64,000 nucleotides of DNA from Flaccisagitta enflata (taxonomy: Eukaryota), in contig OZ231126.1 in the NCBI GenBank assembly GCA_965153355.1, forward strand, positions 34,968,001 through 35,032,000. The letters run 5' to 3'. The translations under genes were made by a program, and so were the position numbers. The notes below the pieces were generated by a model. It was not told where the DNA came from. It was given only the letters and a program-made list of their open reading frames with translations, and did no database searches. Numbering within the stretch: position 1 is the stretch's first letter; each line of letters begins with the position of its first letter. Of this stretch, positions 1 to 14,077 are shown piece by piece.

Positions 1-156
1 TCCCAAAAACAACCAAAAAATGACTCAAAATAACTCCAGACGACCCAAAAAGACGCAAAAAAGCTAAGTGTTACGGACCGACGGACCGACGGACGCGGAC
101 CGGCATGACCGGCTGGAGACGGGCCCGGGTTGTAAGTCGCGTGCACGCGACTAAAA
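1..156 (-). mobile_element. HINE family A, partial
   Basis: (GGAC/GACC)n followed by the terminal hairpin agtcgcgtgcacgcgactaaaa. Confidence 0.75.
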
Positions 157-295
157 GCACCTTGTGACAGCCTCGCGGGAAGAAAATCAAAGGCAGGGGG
201 GGGGGAAAAATCAAAAGCCACTCAAGAATATACACTTCCAGGCGTAATACAACGTGAAGATTACAAAAACCTTAAAAAAAGGTTAGCACCCCTAC

Positions 296-3045
296 CTCAC
301 AGTCCATCAAATCCCACCCTGATGGGAAAAAGCCACCTAACGCCTCTTTATCCCACTCAACCCACCTACACAGTCCATCAAATCCCACCCTGATGGGAAA
401 AAACCACCTAACGCCTCTTTATCCCACTCAACCCACCTACACAGTCCATCAAATCCCACCCTGATGAGGAAAAAACCACCTAAACCTCTTTATCTGGCTC
501 CAACCCGCTACGCGGTCCATCCGTCCGCCCCTGATGGGAAAAAACCACCTAACGCCTCTTTATCCCTCAACCCTACACAGTCCATCACAAATCCACCTGA
601 TGAAACACCCCTAACGCCTCTTTATCCCACTCGGCCCACCTACACAGTCCGTCAAATCCCACTGATGGGAAAAACCACCTAACGCCTCTTTATCCCACTC
701 CAACCCACCTACACAGTCCATCAAATCCCACCCTGATGGGAAAAAACCACCTAACGCCTCTTTATCCCACTCAGCCCACCTACACAGTCCATCAAATCCC
801 ACCGATGGGAAAAACACCTAACGCCTCTTTATCACTCAACCCTACACAGTCCAAAATAAATCACCCTGATGGAAACCACCTAACGCCTCTTTATCCCACT
901 CAACCCCACCTACACAGTCCAATAATCCCACCTGATGAAAAACACCTAACGCCACTTTATCCCACTCAACCACCTACACAGTCCATCCAAATCCCACCCT
1001 GATGAGGAAAAAAACCACCTAACGCCTCTTTATCACTCAACACACCACACAGTCCATCAAATCCACCCTGATGGGAAAAAACCACCTAACGCCTCTTTGT
1101 CCCACTAACCCCACCTACACAGTCCATCAAATCCCACCCTATTGGAAAAAACCACCCTAACGCCTCTTTGTCACTAACAACCTACACAGTCCATCAAATC
1201 CCACCCTGATGGGAAAAAACCACCTAACGCCTCTTTATCCTCAACCCCACCTACACAGTCATCAAATCACCTGATGGGAAAAAACCACCCTAACGCCTCT
1301 TTATCCCTCAACCCACCTACACAGTCCATCAAATCCCACCCTGATGGGAAAAAAACCACCTAACGCCTCTTTATCACTCAACCCACTAAGTCCATCAAAT
1401 CCCACCCTGATGGGGAAAAAAACCACCTAACGCCTCTTTATCCCACTCAACCCACCCACACAGTCCATCAATCCCACCCTGATGGGAAAAAAACCACCTA
1501 CGCCTCCTTTATCCCTCCAACCCACCTACAGTCCATCAAATCCCACCCTGATGGGGAAAAAAACCACCTAACGCCTCTTTATCCCACTCAACCCACTACA
1601 CAGTCCATCAAATCCCACCCTGATGGGGAAAAAACCACCCCTAACGCCTCGCTATCCCACTCAACCCCCTTTACACAGTCCATCAAATCCCACCCTGATG
1701 GGAAAAAACCACCTAACGCCTCTTTATCCTACGACCCACCTACACAGTCCATCAAATCCCACCCTGATGGGAAAAAAGCCACTAGCAACCTCTTTTATCC
1801 TCGACCACCTACACAGTCCATCAAATCCCACCTGATGGAAAAACCACCCTAACGCCTCTTATCCCACTCAACCCACCTACACAGTCCATCCAATCCCACC
1901 TGATGGGAAAAAAACCACCTAACGCCTCTTTATCCTTCTCAACCCACCTGCAGTCCGTCAAATCACCTGATAGGAAAAAAGCCACCCTAACGCCTCTTTA
2001 TCACTCAACCCACCACCACAGTCCATCAAATCCCACCCTGATGGGAAAAAACCACCTAAGCACTATCACTCAACCCACCTACACAGTCCATCAAATCCCA
2101 CCTGATGGGAAAAAACTGCGCCTCTTTATCCCCTCAACACCTACACAGTCCATCCAAAATCACCTGATGAGGAAAAAACCACCTAACATCTTTATCCTCA
2201 GCACCCCACAGTCCATCCGTCCACCCTGATGGGAAAAACCACCTACTTGCTCTTTATCCCTCGGCCCACCTACACAGTCATCAAATCCCACCTGATGGGG
2301 AATAATAACACTAACGCCTCTTTATCCCACTCAACCCACCTACACAGTCCATCAAGTCACCTGATGAGGAAAAAAACCACCTAGCCTCTTTATCCTGACC
2401 CACCTACGTCCATCAAATCCCACCTGATGGGAAAAAAACCACCCCTAACACAACCTCTTTATCCCTCAGCCCCACCTACACAGTTCATCAAATCCCACCC
2501 TGATGGGAAAAAACCACCTAACGCCTCTTTATCCCATAACCCCACCTACACAGTCCATCAAATCCCACCCTGATGGAAAAAACCACCTAATAGCCTCTTT
2601 GTCACTCAGCCACCTCACAGTCCATCCGTCCACCTGATGAAGAAACCACCTAACGCCTCTTTATCCCACTCAACCCACCTACAGTCCATCGAAGTCCACC
2701 CTGATGGGAAAAAACCACCTAACGCCTCTTTATCCTCAACCCACCTTTCACAGTCCATCAAATCCCACCCTGATGAGGAAAAACCACCTAACGCCTCTTT
2801 ATCCCCCTCAACCCACCTACACAGTCCATCAAATCCCACCCTGATGGGAAAAAACCACCTAACGCCTCTTTATCCCACTCAACCCACCTACACAGTCCAT
2901 CAAATCCCACCCTGATGGGAAAAAACCACCTAACGCCTCTTTATCCCACTCAACCCACCTACACAGTCCATCAAATCCCACCCTGATGGGAAAAAACCAC
3001 CTAACGCCTCTTTATCCCACTCAACCCACCTACACAGTCCATCAA
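296..3045. repeat. 71-bp tandem satellite, about 39 copies
   Basis: Unit cagtccatcaaatcccaccctgatgggaaaaaaccacctaacgcctctttatcccactcaacccacctaca (starts at 371, 442, ...); no spacers. Confidence 0.97.
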
Positions 3046-3619
3046 GTCTGCCTAAGTATACTCTTAACCTCCTCCCCACCCACCACCAAATTTTGTTATT
3101 GAGATGTTCTGTCCCACAAACCTAATCAACTTCTTCATGAATTACCAAAAAAATAAAATTGTTTCTAACGAGAGTGTTAATGAAGTATATTGCCAGAGAC
3201 ATCTGTTCATTAAGCTCAAGTATAAATTTCTTTTATATCAGGCATCGTCATTTAACAAGGCATAAAAATGTTGTTGCCCCTGAGGACAGTCTGCGATATG
3301 CAAACAGTAACAAGTGATGGGTAGTCACAATCATTGGTGTGGAGGGGTGGGTAGGGGCATCCAATTGACATCCGCGGTTCACACCTCCTTAACACACACA
3401 CATACCCAAAAAGCATCTCAAATGCTTGTTTTCCTCCTTATTACTTATGTGTTTTGGACAGACTAACAGACCGATGAACCAATAGACAGTTGGACATGCC
3501 TCTTATTGAGTTTTGTGTCTGCAACTAAAAAGTACAGTAATAGCTGCCATATAAATAATAGTCATTTTAAATTTGTTATTGTAAACCAACACGAGACATC
3601 TCCAGTCAAATGAATTTTC

Positions 3620-4270
3620 AGGACAATTCACGGAAAGCTCTAGGATAACCCTAAAATCATTGAAAAACTTGAGATTAACATTTGGACAGTTCAAGAACAA
3701 CCCTAAAAACATTTGGCAATCTTAGAATAACTTCAGTACATCTTTGGGAAAACTCTTGGACACTCTGGGGACAACCTATGGACAACTCGAGGACAAATCT
3801 AGGACAACCCTAAGGACAAATCTAGGACTTCCTCAAGACAAGGCCACAACAACAATGGTGTTTGTGGGATATTTGGACAACTAAGACAATTAAGAAAAGT
3901 CTAGGACAATTTTGAATCAGTCATTGGACAACTCTTAGACAACAGTAAGACAATTCTTAGACCCCTTCAAATTAGCTCCAGGACAATTTGGACAACACCC
4001 AAACAACCATAAAACAATGAAGGAAAATTAGGATAAGACAGGATAAGTCTAGGACATCTTTAGGACAAATCTTAGACAACTTAGGACAACTCTCAGACAA
4101 CTTTAGAACAATTCCAAGACACTATAAAAACAAATTGTTGATATCTTGGACAACTGTTAGACAACTTCAGAACAGCTCTAGGACAATCAGGATAACTCCA
4201 GGACAAGTCTAGGACAACACTAGGACAACACTCGGACAACTCTGACATAACTCAAAGACATCTCTTAAAC
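3620..4270. repeat. Degenerate 10-11 bp (..GGACAA..) minisatellite
   Basis: Dozens of ggacaa/agacaa motifs at roughly 11-bp spacing. Confidence 0.8.
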
Positions 4271-4385
4271 AGCTGCAGAGCAGCTTGCTTCCCCCAGGAG
4301 AATTAAGGAAAACCAAAGGATCAGTTTCTCTATTGTTGTTACTGTCATAATGAAAGAAAAATACGTAGAAATATTCATGTGTTAC

Positions 4386-4448
4386 CATTATTATTAAAAA
4401 GACCTTCCACAACTTTATGAAAAGTCCCTGGATGATAAAACTTAACAT
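4386..4448 (-). CDS. Possible further exon (phase 1-1): VKFYHPGTFHKVVEGLFNNN
   Basis: Acceptor ttttactttcttag, donor gtaaca; phase fits a donor at 21350; no diagnostic motif. Confidence 0.25.
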
Positions 4449-4742
4449 CTAAGAAAGTAAAACTTTTGAATAACAAGAGAATGACAAATCGATCATAAGC
4501 TAATTTGTATAATTGAGTAACCAGAAATTAGACTTGTTCTCAGCTGAGATTCATTTCCGACAGCGCGCGCATCAAGATAAACTCCGCGCACATTACGCCT
4601 GCCAGGGTGCTCAAAACGGGCAAAACTGACCTTCCCCCCACTGTCATATTTTTTCATTGCAAAAATTCTGTCTAATGAGCCGTCGCGCGACTTTCAAATC
4701 GGTCGGGAACCATCGTTAGGGTGAGCTGGAAGCCCTTGATGC

Positions 4743-5124
<382 letters not shown>

Positions 5125-5402
5125 AAGCTACAGCTTCTTCACAATGACCGCTATCTTCAAAGGGTCATGGCTTGTACTCAGTCCCGCCATGAGCTATATA
5201 CATTTACTGCCTCTTACATACTCAAATATTTTCTTCCTGGAAAAGCCAAATCTGCCTATGAAGAACACAGACCAACCGCCGTGTCGGAAGCCCAAATGGG
5301 TCAGCACCCTTTTTACACCGGCAAAATGCAGACATATGTGATCCGCGCGCCAAGAAGACAGATTTCCGCTTCTAATGCCTTAACTTTCTCCTGCAGGACC
5401 AG

Positions 5403-5596
5403 TTTTTAGTCGCGTGCTATGCGTCTCTATACCCCGCATTGTCGGTCTGTTGGTCCGTCGGTCCGTCTGCCACACTACTTTTTTTGGGTTTTTGCAGTTT
5501 TTGGCGTCACTGCTCCTGCCCAAATGATCTGGTGACCTCAATTATGGCCCCTGCCCACCCGCACGCGACTGGGGTAGCCGTGTATCCGGCCTTGTT
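5403..5596 (+). mobile_element. HINE family A
   Basis: tttt-agtcgcgtg 5' end, (GTCG/GTCC)n, subterminal cacgcgact, 3' hairpin gccgtgtatccggc, cttgtt. Confidence 0.8.
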
Positions 5597-5924
5597 CCGC
5601 GTTGCCGGCCGTCTTGTCCGCCCTAATTGCCTCTATCTCATCCTACTGTGCTTTGAAGGTATTATTCAGAAATCCTATCCCATTCCGGCAGATCTATCGT
5701 ACACAGGAAGATCCGCCGCAAATGCGATCTATTTTCTTGCAATTGTTGATATACTCCGGCGTCATTCCCTCGACGCATGCCTGATGGTAATGATAGTTGC
5801 ATGCGCCTCCGCATGGGATGCTCTTGCGGCTGACACACTCCTTCATGCATTTTCCACAAGGATTTTTCGCCCCCTTGGGTGCTTTCGATTGCGTGTCAGG
5901 GGTGCCTGCGGCAGTGGCTCCTTA

Positions 5925-6170
5925 TTGGGCAGCGGCGTAAAAGGGCCGACGTCCTGTAGTACACTGTACACATGCCTCATTACTGTGCTCCAATCAATCA
6001 AATCAGACCTTTAATGTGCCTTCTCAGGACATCTGAAAATTCACCCCTGTGTCCCACATGACATCATTCTTTTTGGGCCGCTGCCTTGCTCTCACTCCAC
6101 TTCTTTAGCTGATCACTTCAAGCAAGGCGTCGAGTATCGCTGACCATATGCGATCCTTGGATGACTAGTT
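5925..6170 (+). mobile_element. HINE family B (short)
   Basis: gggcagcggc...gccgctgcc inverted repeat plus 3' tail ending ccttggatgactagtt. Confidence 0.7.
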
Positions 6171-6572
6171 CCTTATTATTTCCCATCTTGCCGTCGTTGT
6201 CGGTGTTAAAGTCGTAGCTGTCGTTATGGTGTCGCTTCATCATGATAGCACGGCATCTTGTCGGCGCCATTTGCTTGCGTGGTTTTGTCGCAGCGTCTCG
6301 ATGACGTGGCGTTGGATCTTGTGTCTCTGGATCTTTTCCCGTCTTTTCCCGTGTTGTGCAAATATGAGTCTTCTTAAGTTTCTTTTGATCTCAGTTGAGA
6401 AGCTTGTCTTTAATGATTGTTTTCAGAATTGTTTAGGCTCGTCCGCCCGAGACCGTCATGTGCCTCCCAGGGCCTTGGTCTTAATCAATCGGAAACTTTA
6501 AGTGAGCAAATTAAAGAATGATGAGCTTGATTTGAATTCACCATTTTGGTTTAAAACACACACATCTGAAGA

Positions 6573-6930
6573 AACAAGCCCGACCGAGCAACGATGCGTC
6601 CGGGCTGTGTCTGCGTGTATTGATCATGTGACAGATGGACGAATAGACGGCTGAAGTAGTAAAGGAGGCTCTCAAAACATGTTGGTTGATCATTTGTTTC
6701 AGTATAGAGTCTCACCGTGGCCAAAAACAGCCGAGAAACGCGGTTTTTTGCACAGGCGTGACGGACGGACGGACGGACGGACGGACGGACGGACGGACGG
6801 ACGGACGGACGGACGGACGGATGGACGGATGGACAGATGGACGGACAGACGGACGGACGGACGGACGGACGGACGGACGGACGGAAGGACCGACAAACCC
6901 TCTTATAGAGATGCGAGGACGCATCTAAAA
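6573..6930 (-). mobile_element. HINE family C
   Basis: Minus strand: ttttagatgcgtcctcgcatct, (GTCC)n, subterminal ggacgcatc, 3' hairpin, cttgtt. Confidence 0.8.
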
Positions 6931-7143
6931 TTAGTCGCAAAAGCGTTACATGGTCAGCGAAACCCGACGCCCCTAAGTTAGTTTATGTAGGGAGGAGACA
7001 ATGAGAAGGGCAGCAACCTCGAAGGGGCTGATGACCTATGATTCCACATAGGACAATTTCTTCCAGTTTGAGAAGCTGCTTGGGGGGCTGAAAAGCCTGA
7101 TTTTGGGTCTGTAAGGTCTGATTTGTGTTGTTTGGGTTCTGAA

Positions 7144-8154
<1,011 letters not shown>

Positions 8155-8258
8155 GTTCTGAAAGGCCTGATTTGAGGTCTGAGGGGTTTAATTTAGGGTC
8201 TGAAAGGCCTGATTTGAGGTTTGAGAGGCTTGATTGGGGGTCTGAGAGGCCTGATTTA

Positions 8259-9024
8259 CACTCATTTGTTTTTATAAGAACATGTAATTTTTTCCTGAGG
8301 CTCTGTGTTCTTATTTATACAGCGATTTGAGGCTCAAATTGTTCTTAGAATGTTCTTATTTTTCTAATTGCTAGTTTATACAACATACAGGAATATTCTT
8401 TTATCTGGTTACCTTACTCTAATCACCAATTGAATGAAAATGAGAACCTGAATTTTAACTATAACAAAAAAATTCAAATTTCTATGTAAGAAGGATTGAA
8501 GTCAATTTTTATAATTAGTGGCACTTTCATAATTTGTTTTCATTACTGCAGTTAGTAAGTAAAAAAAGTATGAATATTTATATACCGTATTTTTTCTAAA
8601 AAGCGCCCCGGGCGCTTTTGAAATTGTTATAGAACTTGGCTTTTTAACCCTCCAATTAGCGCCCCCTTTATATTGTAGATGAACTGTTATTCAGTCTATC
8701 TTTTTCATGAAAGGCTACTAAAATGCTAAATTTAACTCAAAATGGAGATATTCCTTGCATTTATCTGTTTGAAAGTGTTTGAAACTGGCTCAAGCAATTG
8801 TTTTATATCATCATTTTACTTAATATTTCTGTTCAAATCTCTTCTGGAAAGTAAAACACTAAGAAAAAAAAGAGGGGGGTGCTTTTTGGAGGGGGCGCTT
8901 TTTAGAAAATATACGGTATTCCCCCTTTCTGAGGCTGGCGATGTTCTTATGATTGTTCTTAATTTGTTCTACATCTGAGCCTCAATGTTCTTATAAACAA
9001 GGTTCTTAGTCAAAGATATGAGTG
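8259..9024. mobile_element. TA-flanked MITE
   Basis: TA|CACTCAT...ATGAGTG|TA; the flanks rejoin into the host repeat ctgattta-gagtctgagagg. Confidence 0.7.
8585..8916. mobile_element. Tc2/pogo-like MITE
   Basis: TA|CCGTATTTTTTCTAAAAAGCGCCCC...GGGGCGCTTTTTAGAAAATATACGG|TA; a relative lies at 60020-60346. Confidence 0.85.
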
Positions 9025-11253
9025 TAGAGTCTGAGAGGCCTAATTTAGTTAAATGAAGTCTGAGTGGCCCGATTTAGGGTCTGGGTGGCCTGATTTGGGG
9101 TTTGAAAGGCCTGATTTGGGGTCTGAGAGGCTTACTTTGGGGTCCAAGAGGCCTGATTTGGGGTCCTAGAGACTTAGAGAGGCTTTGGGGGGGATGAACA
9201 CACAGAAACCGGAGAAAATTACCCTATTTGGAATCATAGGTCATTGGCTCCTCCGGGGCCGCTGCCCAAAAGATATCATTCATACAACAAGCCTATTTCG
9301 ATAGGTTTGAGGGCTATATTTGAAAGTTGTGGCAATTGCGTCACTGCCCCTACCCCCTTGAAAAGCAGTCAGTTAGAATCTTGATTCTTTCCGTGAAAAG
9401 CATTTTCAGCGTAAACGGTTGAATTTCAACCATCCATCAAGGAAGCGAGTGAAGTGAGCCCATAAATGGAGCGAGCAAGCGAGCAAAGCGAGTGGAGCAG
9501 AGCTAAGTGCTGTGGAGAGAGAGAGCGGAGTGAGCAACATGAGCGAACAAACATAGCAAGCGACCGAGTAGCTCGTTTAAAACGCGATTGTCACTATGCA
9601 TGCATAGCAATTTATATATCTGCAAAACTGCCAGAGAGTGTCTAATTGTCTGTCTGTCTGATTGTCTAGCGATGTGGCGGTCTGTTTGTCTGTCGGTCTG
9701 AATTGGCGGAGAGAACGGACTACTGACTTAGTTAATGACGGCGATGTTCGCACACGAAGACAAAAGTGATGGAAAATTCAGAAAATACAGATTTTACTCT
9801 CAAATTGCGATTGGACCCTAACGATGGTTCCCGACCGAGTTGAAAATTGCGCGACGGCTCGTTTGAGAGATTTTTTGCAAAGAAAAAAACTGACGGTGGG
9901 GGGAAGGCCAGTTCTGCCCGTTTTGAGCACCCTGGCAGACGTAGCGCACATGAAAGGAATGATGCAGTTTGGGTGCAAAAGCCAAACAGCGCGGATCCTA
10001 GATGATCCTGTAACTTTTATGACCCCCATTGACTTGTATACTAATTAAAAACATAATTATCTAGTATTTTTGTACTAATGATAAAATCGAAGGAATTTTT
10101 TTAAAACATTTGGAACCAATGGGATTAGCACAAGTGAAAAATGACAAAATATCGACTTTTTTCCATACATCATCTTTACCCTTTTTTCCCATCACGGCTG
10201 ATTGTGTACCTACAGCTTATGACATAACTTCCAAAGGGTCATATGGGGTATCATTCTGTAGCTTGTCACAGTGCAATTTACGCCACCGAGGCGATTTTTT
10301 AATTTCACTCCCGTTCTTGGGAAATTCAACCTCAAACATTTTCGGCGAACACCCCCTTGGAGGTAAAAAAATCCACCTTTTAGAGTGAATATGTCTTGAA
10401 CGGAGGCGAAATTCAAAATTAGCCTCAGTGGCGTAAATTGTAATGATACAACCTATTGAATGATACCATACACGACCATGTGGCTAAGGCGACATGAGCT
10501 GCAAGGGGGGTGCTATACCTTTTTGGTAATCTTCACGTTGTATTCAACATACGTGTGTACACCCCTGGAGATTCAAATTAAGAAATTAATCCAAATTATG
10601 TGTTTTTTACAAAAATATGAAAGAAATCACTCTTCTTTTACAAGTAAAAACTATATTCAAGTTTCTGTTGGGACACCAAATCTGTCGGACACTAGTTAAG
10701 GGGTGGAAGTCCTAAAAAATCTAGCTCTCCTACGCCGCTGCTAGCAGCCGCCAAATGAGCGATATTCTTGCAGAATATACTGTGGGAAAGTTGTAGCAAA
10801 TCTAATTTTAAGCAATGTTCCCTCAAAAAAAAATCTCAAAATATTGATACTTTGGCGAGAAATGTTTCCATGGCAACCAAGACCCATCATCAATAAAGCA
10901 TCCTTTTATTAGTTTATACACCAGATATCAGTCCCATAAATTTATTTGTCTTCCTACTATGAATTCCCCCGGTATTTCTAAGTCTAGATAACATCTACTG
11001 TACACAAAAGATTTATTTTTGTTTGTTTCTACAATTTTATTGATTATTGAACAACTTTTAATTAGTTGCAACTAAAATTAGCACAAAAATATGTATGGGT
11101 TGATAATGTTCATGAGCAATAATACTGATACAATAACATACAAATAAGGGGATAAAAAAGGAATTCTAAGCCTTTTAGTGTTTTAACTTTTTAAAATTTT
11201 AGACGGGTTTTTGTTAGCGCAAGTAACTATTGTCAAAAATATATACACTTTCA

Positions 11254-12062
11254 GCATCTGCACTCAGTTTTGTTGAAAATAACACCCATAATTTCTACAC
11301 AAAAGATTTATTTTTGTTTGTTTCTACATTTTATTGATAAATGAACAACTTTCAGTAAGTTGCAAGTAAAATCAGCACAAAAATATATATGGGTTTAAAC
11401 TTGATTACGTTCATGAGCAGGGATACTGATACAAAACTATCAATACAGCAATATACAAAAAAGCGGATAAGATAGGGTTTAAAAAAACAAGGCTGGATAC
11501 ACAGCTACCCTAGTCGCGTGTGGGTGGGCAGGAGCAGTGCTGGAGAGGGTCACCAGGGCATCTGGGCAGGAGCTGTATGCTCAAAAAGCTCAAAAACGCC
11601 GAAAAAGTAAAAAGGGGACCAGCCGACCAACCGACCAACCGACGGACCGACATAGTGGGTTGTAGAGTCGCGTAGCACGCGACTTAGAAACGGAAAAATG
11701 AATGAAATCTAACAAAATGAAAGTGCTATAGGTTTTAGTTATAGTGCCTGATGTTGACGGTCTCATCAAAAAACTTTATGCTTATTTACACAACCGAATG
11801 CTATGTCTCTCTGACACTTGATGACTGTCTGTCTGTCTATCTGCCTCTCTATTCTCTTTTTGATAATTAGGTCGCCATAGCACCTTTATAAGAGCCACTG
11901 TTTGGTGGTTGGTTGGTCGGTCAGTTGGTCGGTTGGTCGGTCAAGCTTGCGTGAGAAATCGCCAAAAATGTTTGAAATCACTTGAAAACTCATCATATGC
12001 ATCATTCATGTTACTCGAAATTTCATTCATTATAATATTCATCTAGGATTGGATCTGATATA
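11254..12062 (+). repeat. ~800-bp local duplication, copy 1 (copy 2 at 14548-15345)
   Basis: Colinear near-identity, including the same HINE A insertion (11486-11686 and 14775-14967). Confidence 0.9.
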
Positions 12063-12241
12063 GCTATGGGTAGGTCTGATAGAGCTTAGTATAGGTCTGG
12101 GAATTCATGTACCTCATCATTTCTCTGATCATCATATTCATCTACGGTCAGGAGCTTGGGATAGGTCTGATAGAGCTCTAGATAGGTCTAAGAATTATTA
12201 ACGCCAGGCGCACCGTCGTGGCCCGTGTATCCAGCCTTGTT
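11867..12241 (+). mobile_element. HINE family G with ~20-bp internal repeats (another copy at ~54150-54869, minus)
   Basis: 5' ttaggtcgccatagcacct, (GGTC)n, tctgatagagct repeats, 3' ggcccgtgtatccagccttgtt. Confidence 0.6.
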
Positions 12242-12759
12242 TCCTCCATTCTCAATCTCGTTATGGAGGTCACAAAGGGCATCAAGTATCTTATGATCTC
12301 ACTTTAATGCCAGTCTAACATCTATCCCCCCGCAAATTGTTTTATCAAATATCACCAAAATTGGCAAGACTTCAGTTGAAAAACTGCAGATCGTACATTG
12401 GCATTTAAGTGAAACAATTGTAGAAACCAAATATAGTCGCAAGAGCGTTACATGATTAGGGGTACCCAATGCCCCTATGTTTATGTATGTGAGGATGAGA
12501 TGATGAGAGGGGCAGCGGCCCTGGTGGCGCTGATGACCTATAATAACAAGTTGGACAAAAGAAGGGGCTTGAAGACCCAAGGACTTAGACAAATGTGGGG
12601 TTTGAGAAGCTGGTGTGACTCAGGGTATGAGGCCTGTTTATGGGCTGGGGAGGTTTGAAATTGGTCTGGGAGGCCTGTTTTGAGGTTCAAAACAGCTGAG
12701 TTTCGATCTATGAGTCTGAAAGGCCTGATTTGGGGTCTCAGAGGCTTTATACAAAGTCT

Positions 12760-13394
12760 AACAGGTCGCCCAAGGGCAATATGTGGTCAGCGATGCCCGT
12801 TGCCCTGCTTTGAGTGATTGTGAATTGGAGTGAGGGGAAGCAGGGCAGCGGCCCCAAAGGGGACGAAGTCCTGTAGAACACAGGGGGACTTTCGTTCGTC
12901 CTACCTGAAGAAGTGGATGAGATGCTATAGAGGGCTGACTGAAGACACTCAACAGCCTAAACTGAGGTCTAAGAAGGCTGAGAGGGCTGATTTGAGGCTT
13001 GAGAGAGCTGGATTAAGGCTTGAAAGGCCAGAGGACTGATTTGAAGCCTGGGAGCAATAAGTTGAGGTTTAGATGGCTGATTTGAGGCCTGAGGGGCCTA
13101 ATGTGAGGCAGTAGAGGCCAGGTTTGAGGCCTGAGCATTTGGATTTGAGGCCTGAGAATTTGGATTTGAGGCCTGAGAGGCCAGATTTGAGGCCTGGGAG
13201 GCTGGATTTGAGGCCTGGGAGGCTGGATTTGAGACCTGAGAGGCTGGATTTGAGGCCTGAGAGGCCAGATTTGAGGCCTAAGGGGTCTGATGAAGGGGGG
13301 GACTAACGAACGGACGGACGGACGGACGAACGGACGAACAAAAGTCCCCCTGTGTTCTACAGGACTTCGTCCCCTTCGGGGCCGCTGCCCAAAA
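12760..13394 (-). mobile_element. HINE family B nested in an older B2 element (~12430-14260)
   Basis: ~55-bp inverted repeats gggcagcggcccc..gtcctgtagaacacagggggacttt, 21-bp array, end aacaggtcgcccaagggc. Confidence 0.8.
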
Positions 13395-13432
13395 GGCCTG
13401 ATTTGATGTTAGAGAGGTCTGATGCAAGGATT

Positions 13433-14077
13433 AACAGGTCGCCCAAGGACAGTATGTGGTCAGCGATACCCGTTGCCTTGCTTTGCATGATTTAGAAATT
13501 GGGTGAGAGGAAGCAGGGCAGCGGCCCCAAAGAGAATGAAGTCCTGTAGAACATGGGGGGACTTTTGTTCGTCCATCTATCCATCCATCAGTCCATCCAT
13601 CTGTTACCCCCAGGCTCTCTCAGGTTTGAAATTTACCCTCTCAGACCTGAAATCTACCCTCTCAGGCCTAAAATCTGCCCTCTCAGGCCTTGAATCTATG
13701 AGAGCAGAGCTTGAGAGGACAAATTTCAGGCCCAAGAGAGCAGATTTCAGGCTGGAGAGGGCAGATTCAAGGCCTGAGAGGGCAGATTTCAGGCCGGAGA
13801 GGGCAGATTCAAGGCCTGAGAGGGCAGATTTCAGGCCTGAGAGGATAGATTTCAGGCCTGAGAGTGCAGATTTCAAGCCGGAGAGGGCAGATTCAAGGCC
13901 TGAGAGGGCAGATTTCAGGCCTGAGAGGGTTGATTTCAGGCCTGAGAGGACAGATTTCTGGCCTGAGAGGGGCTGGGGGGGACCGACAAACGGACAAATG
14001 GACGAACGAACCAACGGACAAACGAAAGTCCCCTTGTGTTTTACAGGACTTGTCCCCTTTGGGGCGGCTGCCCAAAA
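13433..14077 (-). mobile_element. HINE family B with head-to-head 21-bp arrays
   Basis: Same termini as the previous element; array orientation flips near 13695. Confidence 0.8.

Larger units (their letters stand above)
5330..6270 (-). pseudogene. LINE (CR1/L2-type) ORF1 relic: PHD finger plus coiled coil, split by two HINEs
   Basis: Minus frame KNPCGKCMKECVSRKSIPCGGACNYHYHQACVEGMTPEY...SSCVR*ICR shows C4HC3 spacing; stops at 5696 and 5645; continues as NAE|KLVLQEKVKALEAE across the HINE. Confidence 0.7.

Noticed and set aside
296-3045. CRISPR array or hammerhead-ribozyme satellite (ctgatg motif)
   Set aside because: No unique spacers and eukaryotic context. The consensus is CTGATGG, with no stem II-GAAA-stem III arrangement.
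5403-5596. tRNA-derived SINE origin for the short repeats
   Set aside because: No A/B boxes, poly(A) tail or consistent TSD; the termini are hairpins and inverted repeats.
5439-6014. 191-aa plus-strand ORF
   Set aside because: Chimera of HINE A, the antisense of the PHD relic and HINE B.
5920-6177. 7-bp direct repeat ccttatt around one family B copy as a TSD
   Set aside because: Not seen at other B copies (12760, 13433, 61702).
6551-6981. ORFs with RPSV/RTDG repeats, recurring in many HINEs
   Set aside because: (GTCC)n microsatellite of HINEs.
12242-12430. Protein-like minus fragment (FDKTICGGIDVRLALK*DHKILDALCDLH)
   Set aside because: Too short and unassignable; does not fit the expected ABCA continuation.
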